Shown in pieces: positions 50,976-64,000 of a DNA stretch of 64,000 bases. The notes below the pieces were generated by a model. That model saw nothing but the letters and a program-made list of their open reading frames with translations, ran no database searches and was not told the DNA's origin. The DNA is from Vicugna vicugna (lineage: Eukaryota), in contig MU058781.1 of the NCBI GenBank assembly GCA_013265495.1, positions 8,289,009 through 8,353,008 of the forward strand, read 5' to 3'. Each line of letters begins with the position of its first letter. Position 1 is the stretch's first letter. The translations under genes were made by a program, and so were the position numbers.

Positions 50976-53900
50976 TAAATAAGTGAGGAAAACGAAAGCT
51001 ACGTATAAAATGAGGAAGGGATATAAATTGTCAATACCCAAAAAGGGAATTCCAAATAACAAATAAACATGAAAAAATTTTTGGTAATCAGGCAGATGCC
51101 AATTTACACAATAGGTAGATGACATTTTCCACCCATCAGATAGGCAAAAATTAGTTTGATGGTGCCAAGTACGGGCAACAATGTCCAGCAACAGAAATTC
51201 ATTACTTGTGCCTGATAATGTGTCACAAGAAATCTCTCATAAAGCTGAACATGACATCCCTGTGCTCTAGCAATCTGGCTCTTAATCATATAACATGGAG
51301 AAATCTTACAAATATTTGCACAAGAAGACCAGACCAATAATGTTTATAATAGTATTAAGACAAATAAAATTGAAATACCATAAATACCCAATAATTAAGT
51401 GTATGAATAAATTGTAGCATTGCTATTAATAACAGCATAGCTGTCTAGCTATTCTAAAATCATCTCACTGAAAAACACCCAAACACTGGATTAATTACCA
51501 AAAAATACTTTTCAAATGCATTGCTAAGTTGTAAAAAGTAAAAGAAATCCCCATGGCACCCTATCCCAGAAGATAAAATACACAGGTTTCTAAAACCAGA
51601 GTGATATGTGAATAGAGAATCTGGGACCTCCTGAGGACAATGCTAATTCCAGAAATGTAAAGCTTAGAGGGTCACAAGCCAGCTGCCTGGGGAACAGGAT
51701 CTAGGCCATTGTCTCTCAAAGGTAGCTTGGGGGGTTCTGCTCCTGGGACTCAAACCCCCCCCGCAACAGAAATCTGGGACCTTGAAAGGGTCTTGCTTTC
51801 CATGAAAGGGTAGACCAGAGGAAACACTCTCTGGGTTTAGCAAAGAGTCAACAAGAAAAATCTATCACAACCAAGGAAAAGGGAAAAAACAAACTCCTGT
51901 AAGAAATTGCATGACTAGGTTTATCTACCTGTGGATCTGGGCTTTGAATTTAAATATTTGTGCAAGAGCTAAATCTCAAGAGAAATTAAATTAAAGTGGT
52001 CCCAGGGTATTAGCCACCCAGGGCCAAACTAAACAAAGGTAAATTCTCTTTGGAGAAAAACATCCCCATCTCAGGCTTCCCACAGATTAAGTCCTCAATC
52101 AAAATGCAGGAAACACTAGAGGAAGGAGACCCCACAAACTAGAGTTGCAGAAACAACAAATAAAAGATGTAGAGTCCCCAATGGCTTCAGAGGTTGGAAT
52201 TATAAGCTGTTATATTATTAGAGTATAAAATAACTATACACAATGTTTGACATCAAAGTTGGAATTTTGAAACATGCAAGGAATAAGTACAGTTAGACAT
52301 ACCTGGGCAGAGCTGAGAAGAAACCAGATAGACATTCTAGAATAGGAAAGAGTAATTATTGAAAAAAGAAACTGAGTGAATACGTAAGAAGCAGATAAAT
52401 GATAGCCAAAAAGACAATCAGTGAACTGGCAGATAGATCTGAAGAAATCACCCATCATGTAGTACAGGGAAAAAAGCAGGTGACAAGTGTGAAAGAAAGG
52501 CTCAGAGACACGTATTTTTAGAGTGAGAGAGCCAAAGATCCATGTAATGAGAGTTCTGAAGAAGAGAGTAAGAAAGATTGCCATCTTGACATGACAGCAA
52601 ATTTCCTATAACTGATAACAGGAATAAATGTTCAAATTTGGGAGAAACGAAAATACACCTGGACACAGTGCATTAAAACTTCAGAAAACCAAAGATACAA
52701 AAGATCTAAAAAGCATTCATACTGCTGGAGGGAATGCAAAATGGTAAAGCCACTTTAGAAAGCAGTTTGGCAGTTTCTAATACAGTTAAACATGCACTTG
52801 TCACAAGACCCAACAATCTCATTCCTAGTTATTTACTCAAAAGAAATAAAAATACATAGCCACAAAAGCCTTGTATACAAATACTTATAGCAGCTCTATG
52901 CACAACCATCAAAAACTGGAGATAGTCTAAATGTCTTTCAGTGGGTGAACAGATAAACTCGTAGAGCATCTGTACAATAGAGTATTATTTAGCAATAAAA
53001 AGGAACAGTTTATAAACCTACACAACATGGGTGAATCTTAAAACATGATGGTGAATTTTATTATCTGTTATTATACCTTGTTAAACCTGACTTCATTTTT
53101 TAAAAATGTTTAAAGAAGAGGGGAAAGCGTCCAGAGATAAGAGACAGAGATAAAGGAATTAAAGCTGTGTGGACAGCAGACTTCTCAACAACCATGAGAA
53201 AATCCAGAAGACAATAGAAAAATAAATGCTGACAAAAATTACTGTCAATCTAAAATTATGTATCTCCCCACCCCCTGAAAAGTAAAAAACTATCTTTCAT
53301 AACTGAGGGTAAAATAATTTTCAGATTAAAAAAAAATTGAAAGAATTAACCTGCAATGTTCATTGACAGGGATATAAAGGGCTTTGTAGACCCACTCCCC
53401 AGCAAAACTGGTGAAAATTATTACTTCTTTTAAAAACACAATTGTTTAAAGTCTCTGGAGATAGACCCAAGGACATATAGCAAGTAAAGAAACATCTTCT
53501 CAAGAAAATCTACTAAAATTCCGTAAGAACAATAAGAGTCAATGGCATTTGAATAGAGCCTCCCTTCCACCCCCCAACTCAGAAAGATGGAAACTCCACT
53601 CCAGACTGGTTCAGCCAAGAACAGAGGGCTCGCTCTCAGTCAGAGGGCTAGCTTCCCAGGGGAAGCAGGACGTTAGCACTTCTTACGCTGCCTCTAGCTT
53701 CCTGTAACAGAGGCAAAGTTCCAGATACGTGTGGAGAGATGGGAGCTCCCTTCTTCTACCCAAACCCCATTTGTAGAATGGAGACTCCACCTTGGGTGTG
53801 ACACTGCTGAAAATATGGGGACGCTGATTGTCCTTGGCCCAGCTCATTAGGTAGTAGTTCTATACCAGGTCAAGCTAAAAAGATTTGAGGCTACTGTCTC

Positions 53901-54829
53901 TCCCTGACCACTAAGAACTTAGCTCTTAAAGTGGGGTGTCACTCAGAAAGAAGCATGTCATCGCCTCTTCCCCCTTACTCCAGAGTCATACTCAGAGATT
54001 TCTAGAAAAGCAGGCTATGAAACAGATAGTTCCCAATCTCTTCCCAAAGGTACTGATTTTATTTGCAACAGAGTGTGGAGAAGTTCAGGCCTATGGGCAC
54101 TCTCAAAAACAGTGGAAGTTGTGTTAACACACAACTGGGAAGAGTGGTAGATGCATTTGACTTACAGGCTAAACTGCAGACTCGTACCTGAGAGAACTGA
54201 AGAAAGAGACAGTTGGGAGGAGACAGCCTGGGTTCAGATAAATCTCAAACACTGACTAGAAAGTCCATGAAAGGGAGTTATCCTTTCAAGGAAACCACAT
54301 TTAATTTGTTTAGTCTGTGGAGCTATCTATGCCCCAGGGCACTGCGGAAAACAACAGAGCAGTCAGCCAGCAGTTAGCGGAACTTAACAGCTAGGTGTGG
54401 CCAGGGAAAGAGACAGTCAAAGGGTCAAAACAACTGTCATCCCAGTGTGACCGCAGGCATATCCAAGGCTGGGCACCCTGAAGGACAACATCAGAAGCTT
54501 AACACTGGGAGGAAGGGTGATAACTACACATAAGTAATCCAGTCAATCACTAAGTAAATAAATAAACAAGCAAATAACAGTAATGAGCCACGGACTGGGG
54601 GGGTTAGTACCTAGAGCTGATACAACATATTATGTAAAAAATCCAGTTCCAACAAGAAATTACAAAACATGCAAAGAAACAGGAAAGTCTGGCTCATACT
54701 CTGTATAAAAGCAGGCAACAAAAGCTGCCTGTAAGAGAAACCAGCGGTAAGATTAAACAGAAAGCCTTCAATATAGCTATTATAAAAGTATTCAAAGAAC
54801 CAAAGGAAACCATGATTAAAGAAGTGAAG

Positions 54830-54927
54830 CCTGGGGAGGAGGGAAATAGCTCAGTGGTAGAGCACAGGCTGAGCATGCACAACGTCTTGGGTTCAGTCCC
54901 CACTATCTCCACTAAATAAAAAAATAA
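54830..54927 (+). mobile_element. tRNA-derived SINE (Vic-1-like, short form)
   Basis: A/B boxes; perfect TSD aaagaagtgaag at 54818-54829 / 54928-54939. Confidence 0.88.
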
Positions 54928-56740
54928 AAAGAAGTGAAGATTGATGACAATGTCATGTCAACTAGAGAATATCAATAAAGATAGAAATTTTAAAAAGAAA
55001 CAAGGAAATTCTGCAGTTGAAAAGTGCAATAACTGAAATGAAAAATTCACCTGAAGAGCTCAGCAGACATTTGAACAGGCAGAAAGAGGAATTAGTGAAC
55101 TTGAAGAAAAACTGATACAGATTAAGCAATCCTAAGAACAGAGGGAAAAAAAGATAATCAATAAAAATGAAGAAAGCAGCAAGTAAACGTGGAACACCAT
55201 TAAGTACACAACATATATGTACCAAAAGTACCAGGAGAGGAAGAGAAGGGACTAGAAAAAGTAATGACTTCCCAAATTTATCAAGAAATAATAATCTCCA
55301 CATCTAGGAAGCTCGATGAACTCCAAATAAAATAAATGCAAAGAGATCCACAGACACATTATAGTAAAACTGCTGAAAAGCAAATAACAAGGAGAAAGTC
55401 TAGAGAGCAGCAAGAGAAAAATTATCCATCAATTGCAAGAGAACTCCAATATGATTAACAACTGACTTCTGAGCAGAAACAATGGAGGCCAGAAGACAGT
55501 GGCACATCATATTCAACATCCCAAAGGAAAAAATACCCTCTAATCAAGAATCCTATCAAAGCTATCTTTCAAAAATGAGAGCTAAATAAAGGCATTCCCA
55601 GATAAACAAAGAAATACTAAAGGAAGTTCTTCAGGCTCAAAGGAAGTGATTCCAGATGATAATTTGAAACCACATGAAAAACAAAGAAGAAATGAGAAAG
55701 CTAATCATATAATTACAAAATTAATATTTTTGTATAAATGCGTACTTTTCTTCTTTTTCTTTTAATTTTTTATAAAGCAATATGTATATAATGTATTGTC
55801 ATATCTGTGACATACATAAACGTAAAATATTTACCAAAAAGAGCACAAAAGAGATGTACTGGAGTAAAGCTGTAATGGGCTAAGGAAATAATTCCTGATG
55901 GCAACTCCACAAGAAAAAATAAAGAGAACCAGAAATGATAATATGCTTATTTGATTACTGCATATGACAAATAAGCTTAATAGAACCAAAGTTATTGATA
56001 TATACTTGCCCTCTTTTCTTCTCTCAGTTTCCTTAAAAGACATAAAATTATGTTAAGTAATCATTCTGACAATGCATTGTTGTGTTTGTAATGTTTATAG
56101 ATGTGATATGTATAACAATAATATCACAAAAAAGAAGGAAAAGAGGATAGAACTAAATAGGAGTAATGTTTCTATATCTCACTGGAATGAGTTTATATGA
56201 ATCTGAAGCTGATTCTGATACAATGTGAATGATAAGCTCTAGAAGAACCACTAAAAAAAAAACAAAGCAAAAAAGAGTAACAAAAATAATTAAATGGAGA
56301 AAAGCAAAAGCAATGCAATGGAGAGAGGATAATCTTTTTGACAAACAGTGCTGAAACTGCTAGACATAACAACATTCCATATGACCCAGCAGTTCCACGC
56401 CTAGCTCTATGCCCAAGAGAAATGAAAACGTCTGTCCACACAAACACTTGTACGCAAATGTTTATAGCAGTATTATTCATAACAGCCAAAAGGTGGAAAC
56501 AACCCAAACGTTAAGTGACTGATGAATGCATAAACAAAACATATACCCTTACAATGGAATATTATTTGGCCATTTACAGCATAGATGACCCTTGAAAACA
56601 CACACTGGGTTAAAGAAGGCAGATATAAAATAGCACACATTTTATGATTCTACTTAAATGAAATGTTCCAAATAGGCAAATTCATACACACAGGGAAAGG
56701 TTCATGGTTGCCGAGAGCTGGGGGAAGGGGGGATGGGAAG

Positions 56741-57180
56741 TGTATTAGACTCCTAGGGCTGCCGTAACAAATTACCACAAACTGGATGGCTTAAAACCAC
56801 AGAAATGTATTCTATCACAGTACTGGAGGCGAGAAGCCAGGAATCTTAAGCGTTGGTGGGCCCACACTCCCTCTGAAGGCTCTAGGGAAGAGCGCCCCCT
56901 TGCCTCTTCTGAGCTGCTGGTGGCTCCAGCAGTCCTTGGCTTGCAGCAGCATCCCTCTCGTCTCGGCCTCCCTTTCACATGGCTGTCTTCCCTGTGTGCA
57001 TCTCTGTGTGCCCCCACCCCTTCCTTAAGAACACTGGTCACTGAATTTAGGGCCCGTGCTAATTCAGGGTGACACCATCTTAACTAATTACATATGCAAA
57101 GACCTTATTTCCTAATATGGCGACATTTCAAGGTTCCAGGTTGATATGAATTTTAAGGAGACACTATTCAACCCACTATA
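56741..57180 (-). mobile_element. MLT1 (MLT1C-like) MaLR solo LTR
   Basis: tgtattagactcctagggctgccgtaacaaattaccacaaactgg...acactattcaacccactata; perfect 5-bp TSD ggaag at 56736-56740 / 57181-57185. Confidence 0.9.
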
Positions 57181-58114
57181 GGAAGTGACTGCTAACAGGT
57201 ACAGGGTTTCTTTTTGAAGTTATGAAAATGTCCTAAAATTGACTCCAGTGAGGACTGCACATACCTGTGAATATACTGAAAACCATTTGATTATATACTT
57301 TAAATGAGAAAATTGTATGGTATATGAATTATATCTCAAAAAAAAAAAGCTATCTAAAAAAGCAAAAAGAATTCAACAAGCTCCCAGCAAGGGAAGTTCT
57401 AAAAAATGTACAGGAAGAAGAAGAAAAATGATCCCAGAGGAAAAAAAATGAGGCATAGGAAGGAACAGTTACTATTAGCTAGAAGTTAAGTCCCTCAGGG
57501 TCAGAGACTTCCTTTTGTTTACTGGTTGAGTCCCCAGATTTTTAGTAGGTGTTTAAAAATTATGTGTTGGATAAATGGTTGATGAGCAAACAAATTGGTA
57601 ACTAGGGGCATAAATCTAAATAAACATTTTAATTAAATAATGATGTCTAATTTTTATGGTTAAAAACAAATAAAGGAGATTAAAATAAAAAATAGTGGAC
57701 AAGCACATGTGAGCTGGGAGAGTCTGATCCAAATCAGAGCAGCAAAATGCCTTGGAATTTCTGATGCACGGGCTAAAGATATTGATAAATTATGGACTTT
57801 GTAAAGTAAATATGCATGAAAATATTTCAAAAAGAACCATTAAAAGAATAAAAAGGGCATAACTTCCTAGCTAATTGAGCAAAAATTTGGGGGAAAAAAG
57901 AGAAAAGGAAGCTCAATGCTGCAAAGGAGGAAAGTTCAGATAATGTGGGGCAATCAGAGAACAAAAAAGCAAGAGGGCAGGAAAAAGATTGAAATACATC
58001 AGAAATAGATAAAAATAGACCAAGCCTTCCATTTAAAAGACAGACGGTTGGATTAAAGACAAATCTAGCTAAAGGCTGCTTAAAGACATACATCTAAACG
58101 TAAGAACACAAGAA

Positions 58115-58295
58115 AAGTATGTACATAATATATATTTTATATGTGTAATACATATATAACATACACTATATATTTTTATAATTTTATAAATATATTATAC
58201 ATATTTTATATGTGTGTAATATATAATGTATATTACATATATTATATTATACACGTTATAGTTTTTATATGTTTTATATATCATAAATATTTTGT
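58115..58295. repeat. TA-rich low-complexity tract
   Basis: Directly visible. Confidence 0.85.
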
Positions 58296-60643
58296 CTATC
58301 TCAAAAAGGGCACAAGTCCTGAACTCAAACCCTGGAACAAAATGTTTCCAAATTCAGATTAGTTTTAACTTTGTTTTAGGAAATTAATACAGACGTATGT
58401 TATATATGACAGAACACCCCCAGTGGGGTTTTATGCAGCACCTCATCATCAAACACAGTAATATTTCTGAAAGAAATGCACTAACATTCACACCAAGTAG
58501 AATAAAGACTAAACAACTTCACATCAGCATAGATCAGGTTTTCCTGCTAAATGAATTATGAAAAAAATCCTTTTTTTTTTCAGGGCCTTTTGGTGTTCAG
58601 AACTGCAGATATAGAATTGCAGACTTGAAGAAGGCAAATACTAGCGAAAACAACTGGTGTACCTGTGACAATCTGAAACAAAATATGTTCTAAGGCAAAC
58701 AACCTATTCAGGGTTACCAAATAATACTTCTAAAAGCTTCATTCACCAGCAAGGTATAGCAATTCTAAACTTATAGGCTCTCATTGAGATAGTCTCCAAA
58801 CATAAAGAAAAACTGATAGCACAATAGGAAAATTTGGTGTACACACAAAATAATTTGATTTATTATACAACCAGTCTGTTCAGTATTTCAGTGTGAGTCT
58901 TGTCGTCCCATCCACTTTACAATAAGTCAGGGATGAATGGGTATCTCCCTCGCAAGTGAAAGGTCCTTTATACTCATGACTTCCTTTGATCTACAGGACC
59001 CTACGAAGTAGGGGCTGGTGTCTCCTTGTTGCAACAGAGGAGATTAAGGCATTTGTCCAAAGTCCTACTGCTAAATATCAAGAGTTTGGATTTAAATTTA
59101 GTTCTGTTTGACTCCAAAGAGCCAAGATCTTTTCAATGGCTCCTGAAATAGGCATAAGACATTATCCCTTAGAGTTACTGAAATCAAAATGGCAACCATT
59201 ACGTAGGAGAAATAAAATTGAGACTAGCGATCTATACATAATATCTACTATCACTTTCCAGGAAGCATATTATCAAGAGTCCAGGCACAGGAGACATGTT
59301 CTAAGGGCTTATACAATCCTCCTCCTCCTCCATCTCCCGAATCCTACATTTTCTCCCTGACCTTAAGACAGCTTGCAAATAAGATAACTCACAATCCCGA
59401 TGTTCTGAGATTTCTCAGCCTTAAACTCACAATATTCTTTTAATTAAAAAAAAAGTAGAGTTGTTTAGGTAAGGAATGAATTCATAGTTTAAAATGTCAA
59501 GCCTTTTGAAACCTATTTTAAAATTTTTTTCTACTTTCATTCATTAATTTTCCTCCATAAAATAGAAAGAGAAAATAATAACTAACACCAGTCACAACAA
59601 CAGCAAGATGGCAAGAAAAGATACAGAGAAGAATAAAGTCTAGAAATAAAAACAACATATTTGTCCTTGTGTTTCAAGAACGCCAGAGACTACTCAAGAA
59701 GTGAAGTCATGCGAGATGTCCTTCTTTTCACCAGGGATGGCAGAGAAAGCTCAAGACAAAACACTGCTCTCATCCTGGGTCTCGAAGACTCTGGGAGCAA
59801 GATGGAGACGTGCATGCTCACAATCCAACACAAGAGGGCGCTCATCAAAAGGGAGTGAAAGGTCATCCTGCCCTAAATGTGCACCGGAAGAGTAAATCCC
59901 TGCCTGAAAGGGCTGAGGATATTTTTAGCATCTGGCGCTGCTGCTAGAATTGGTAAAACAACGATCCAAACTGAGACTTTTTTTCCCCCGCAATACTATT
60001 TTTGTGTTGCCAATCCCATTTCTGTAATGAAGCCTTAGAGACACTATATAAAGAATGAAAACACATTTTCCTGTCTGTATGGTAAAACAGAAACCAAATG
60101 AATTGCTCACATAGAACAATTCCAGTAGGCACAGCAGAAAGTGACTCATATTTTAGGTAGATTTTTCTAAAAATGGGAGAATAGAAGGGATTCAGCCTGC
60201 ATGTCCCTTTTAGAAAGGAAGGAAGGGAAGACGTGAATTTCAGTTTCTTATAAAACTATGGAAGCGTAAAAACCTTGAGTTCAAATTCCCGTTTTATCTT
60301 CCTCTTAGCAGCTGGCGCGGCCTTGCCGTCCCTCCTACAGGGTTGTTACACGGTTTGTTGTTACAGGGTTTCTCCCGGATAACTCTTTCCTTCCAGTGGC
60401 TTCCACTAATAAAGCCATCCTATAGATCTAATCTGTCAGCCAAGAATCTGTTAGGTTTCCAGGCACCCAGCAGCCAAGAGGTGGTGCGTGTCCTGTGGGC
60501 CAGAACAGACTCTGGCGGCAGACAGTTCTGTGTCTGAATGCTGTCTCCACTTCTTACTAGGTGTATGCAAACTTGGGTTAGTCTTTCAATGTGCCTGAGC
60601 CTCTGTTTCCTTATCTGTAAAACGGGAATAATAATAGAGCACA

Positions 60644-60897
60644 GATCGGGGTAGAGGATTAAGAGGTACAAACTACTATGTATAAATTAAATAAGCTACA
60701 AGGATATTCTGTACAATACAGGAGATAGAGCCAACATTTTATAAGAACTATAAATAGAATATAACCTTTAAAAACTGTGAATCACCATTCTAAATCAACT
60801 ATACGTCGATAAAAAAAGTTTTAAAAATTGTGAATCACTACGTTTCACACCTAAAACATGTAACATATGCATCAACTGTATACCTCAATAAAAAAGA
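60644..60897 (+). mobile_element. L1 3' tail inserted in a MIR, containing a ~37-bp nested L1 tail
   Basis: MIR core (cctgagcctctgtttccttatctgtaaaacggg) precedes it and resumes at ~60900. Confidence 0.8.
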
Positions 60898-61004
60898 ATA
60901 TTGCACAGAGCAATGGTGAGGACTCAATGGGATTAAATAATATAAATCATATAGTAAAGTGCCTAGTCCAAGAATGTGTTCAATAAATGTTAATGATTAT
61001 AATT

Positions 61005-61455
61005 TATTTATTCACAAATACTTATTTGATCACCTAGGATGTTCCAGCTACCACGCTGGGTGCTTGGGACGTATTCATGAAGAAAATTGTGAATGATCCC
61101 TGCCCTGGGGAGTTTGCATTCTAGCAGGGAAGGCAGAGAGTAAACAACAGGCATTATAAATAAGTCAAGTATGCTAGAAGGCAAGAAGATAATAAGTGCC
61201 AAGAAAAGAAAGGGAGTAGAACAAAGTATAAAGCCTTGAGAGGGCCAGTACGGTTTTAAATAGCGTGGTCAGGTAGACGGCATTCAGATGATGAGACTTG
61301 AGTAAAGACCTGGATGTGGGAGATGCCATGTAGCTATGGGGCGGGGGGAGCGCATTTCAGGGGACAGGAAAAACCAATTCAAAGGCTCCACAGCAGAGGT
61401 GTGCCTGGCTTCTGCCAGAAACAGCAAAGGAGCCCAGGGCAGCTGGAGTGGGGAG
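61005..61455 (-). mobile_element. L2 3' fragment
   Basis: ttattcacaaatacttatttga...gatccctgccctggggagtttgcattctagcaggg. Confidence 0.7.
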
Positions 61456-62274
61456 TACACCTCTAGACTGGATGACCCAGTCTCCCTTCAAACTACAGGA
61501 CAGTCAAAACCAGATACGGCGTCTTCCTCCTTTCAAGCCTTCCATCTAATTTTTCCTCTTTATTCATGCTCAGTTCTTCCAAGATCATAACTTTGAAGCC
61601 ATTTTTTAAATTTCCTGTTTTTACTTCATCCCTTACGTTCTAGTAATTTTTTCTTTTCTTTTTAGAGTCTTTGGATTTATTCTTTCCTTTCTATCTCTGT
61701 TGTCAGGACACGAACACAGATGAAGATCTGGCCCTAAGACCAAAAAATGTCTGGTGCCCTTTTTTATAAGTTGCAAAGGTCCATAAAACTTTATGAAAGC
61801 TGAAGATGTCTCATTTTAGGTGCCTCTCCGTTGGCCCTCGGTACATGTTTCATCCGCCTCTCGGGTATCCAAAACTGCCACCACCCTCCATATGCGTTCT
61901 TATCTACCTCACTGCTAGGTTTGTTCCAATATTTCTTAACTGGTCTCCTCCTGCAGTTCCTCCCATCATAATCTATACCACACAAAGCTTTCTGACTGCC
62001 CTTTCTAAGATGTTGCATTTATCAATCATCTCAATACTCAGGGACTTGTAGAGTCAAAATTGCAATGTCTGTCCTCATCATTATGAACAGCTTGAGATTG
62101 GAAACCTAGCCTTAAACTTCTATTGTAGTCCCAGAAATGCTTAGCATGGTGGAGGCCCCATGGACACACTCAACACTTGTTCTATTGATTTGAAAAGAAA
62201 AGAAAATCGAGAGGAAAAAGACAGGATGAAACTCACACAGTGCCAAGTCTTCTCACTCTGAGGACCATATTGAT

Positions 62275-63510
62275 TTTTGTTAAGTCAGGTTTATTGAAGC
62301 ACAATTTACATACATTCTCTGAGTTTTGACAAGTGCATATGGCTATTAGCCACCATCAACATCAAGACACAGGACAGTTTGAGCTAATAAAACATCCTCT
62401 GTGCTCTGTGTAGTCATCCCCTCTCTCTGCCCCTGGCAATCATTGATCTGTTTACTGCTCCTATATTTTTCTTCCTTTGCTGCATGTCATATAAATGGAC
62501 TCATCCAGTATATGACCTTTTGAGCCTGGTTCCTTTCACTTAGCATAATGTATTTGAGATTCATCCATTTTGTTGCGTGTATCAATAGTTTGTTCCATTT
62601 TCCATGGTATGAGTGGCCCTCAGTTTGCTTGTCCATTTAGCATTTAAATTGTTTCCAGTTTGGGGCCATATGAATAAAGCTGCTGTAACCAGTCATGTAC
62701 AGGTTTTTGTATGAACATATATTTTCATTTTTCTTGGATAAACATACAGAAGTGCAACTGTTGGAACATGTAATATGCTTAACTTTTTAAGGAAACGCCA
62801 AACTGTTTTCCAAAGTGGCTGTAACCACTTTACATCCTTGCCAACAATACAGGATAGTCCCAATTCTCCCAGATCCTCAACAGCACTTGGCATTGTCCAT
62901 TTGTTCATTATTATGATTATGATTATTATTAAAAATAATTTTAATAGCTATGTTTCATTGTGGTTTGCCTAATAACAATGTTGAGCATCTTTTCATGTGC
63001 TTACTTGCCATCCATATGTATTCCTTGGTGAAATGTCTATTCAAATCTCTTGCTCTCTTTAATTGCTTTGTTTGCTTTCTCACTGAATTTTGAGAATTCT
63101 CTATCATACTGGATATAAGTCCTTTAACAAATATATGTTTGGAAATATTTTCTCCCAGTCTCCAGTTTGTCTTTTTTAACAAAGCACATACAGTAGAATT
63201 CACATGGGTGTACAATTCTGTGTGTTTAAAACATATATAGATTCTTGTAACCACCACAAATAGGATACAGAACATTCCAACACCACAAAGAATTCACTCT
63301 TTTCCCCACCCCAACCTCTGGCAACCTGTTCTCTGTTCCCATAGTTTTGTCTTTTCCAGTCTCTCAAGTAAATGGAATCATATGGTATGTAATCTTTTGA
63401 GACTAGCTTCTTTCAAGTAGCGTAATACTGAGCAACAGTCTGTTGTATGGATATACCACAGTTTATTTATCCATTTGTTTGCTAAAGGACATTTAAATGA
63501 TTTCTGGTTT
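62275..63510 (-). mobile_element. Old L1 3' fragments
   Basis: Minus-strand peptides QPLWKTVWRFLKKL and ARDLNRHFTKEYIWMASKHMKRCST. Confidence 0.8.
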
Positions 63511-64000
63511 TTGGTAATGAGGATTTTGGGAAAATAAGTGCATTCATCTCATGATGAATAAACACAAAATACTGGACATTGTTGAAGACAAGAGAGTCAA
63601 GCAACACTGTTGGAAAAGTCAGCAAAGATGGGCTAACAGAAAAGTGGACAGAAGGCACCATGGGGCCAGCTCATTTAGGATGATACCCCTAAGGGGAATG
63701 GAGAAACCAAAGTCAGTGTGAGAAGCTCTGTGAGTCAGAAAGGAAGGCTAGGTCAACACTGGACGCTGGCTTGTGGCCGATCGCAGGAGATGCAGTTGGA
63801 CACAGGACGACTATTGGTAACGCTATACAGGTACAACCATATTAAATATTTCACCAACATTTTCATAATGTCTCCTCCCTAGTTCTCAGAAAACATAATA
63901 ATAAAACGCTCTTTGCAGCAGAACAGCTAAAACCTAAACCAGAAAGAGCGTTCAGAAGCCATGTTGAGAGAGAAGCAAGGAAAAAATTCAGCTGAGAACC

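Larger units (their letters stand above)
51420..58830 (+). mobile_element. Nested old L1 cluster: host 5'/ORF1 region containing an internally deleted L1 (~53360-57360)
   Basis: ORF1-like A-rich sequence (ctgacttctgagcagaaacaatggaggccagaagacagtgg), ORF2 remnants and 3' UTR; host resumes at ~57365. Confidence 0.7.

Noticed and set aside
1..64000. CRISPR array, operon or other prokaryote-type system
   Set aside because: Clearly mammalian repeat-rich DNA; no regular repeat-spacer array or gene cluster.

Overview
Mammalian genomic DNA, most likely camelid, judging from tRNA-derived SINEs resembling the camelid Vic-1 type and many cetartiodactyl-type L1 3' ends. The only protein-coding sequence I can support is coding exon 1 of MBOAT1 (lysophospholipid acyltransferase 1) on the minus strand, inside a CpG-island promoter at about 17.6-18.6 kb. 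Positions 1-17682 are intron 1, and 18.6-64 kb is repeat-rich upstream DNA (L1, L2, MIR, Tigger/hAT MITEs, MaLR/ERVL remnants). I see no convincing novel multi-gene system; nearly all ORFs in the track are chance ORFs or L1/ERV debris. The best observations are: a full-length U6 snRNA-L1 chimeric retrocopy with TSD; a ~140-bp twin-primed L1 joining an inverted mid-ORF2 fragment to the extreme 3' tail; an old L1 apparently flanked by a ~58-bp target duplication; several nested insertions; an out-of-frame upstream ATG 7 nt before the MBOAT1 start; and a near-consensus oestrogen response element far upstream. Gene and repeat family names come from recalled consensus sequences, not from database searches.
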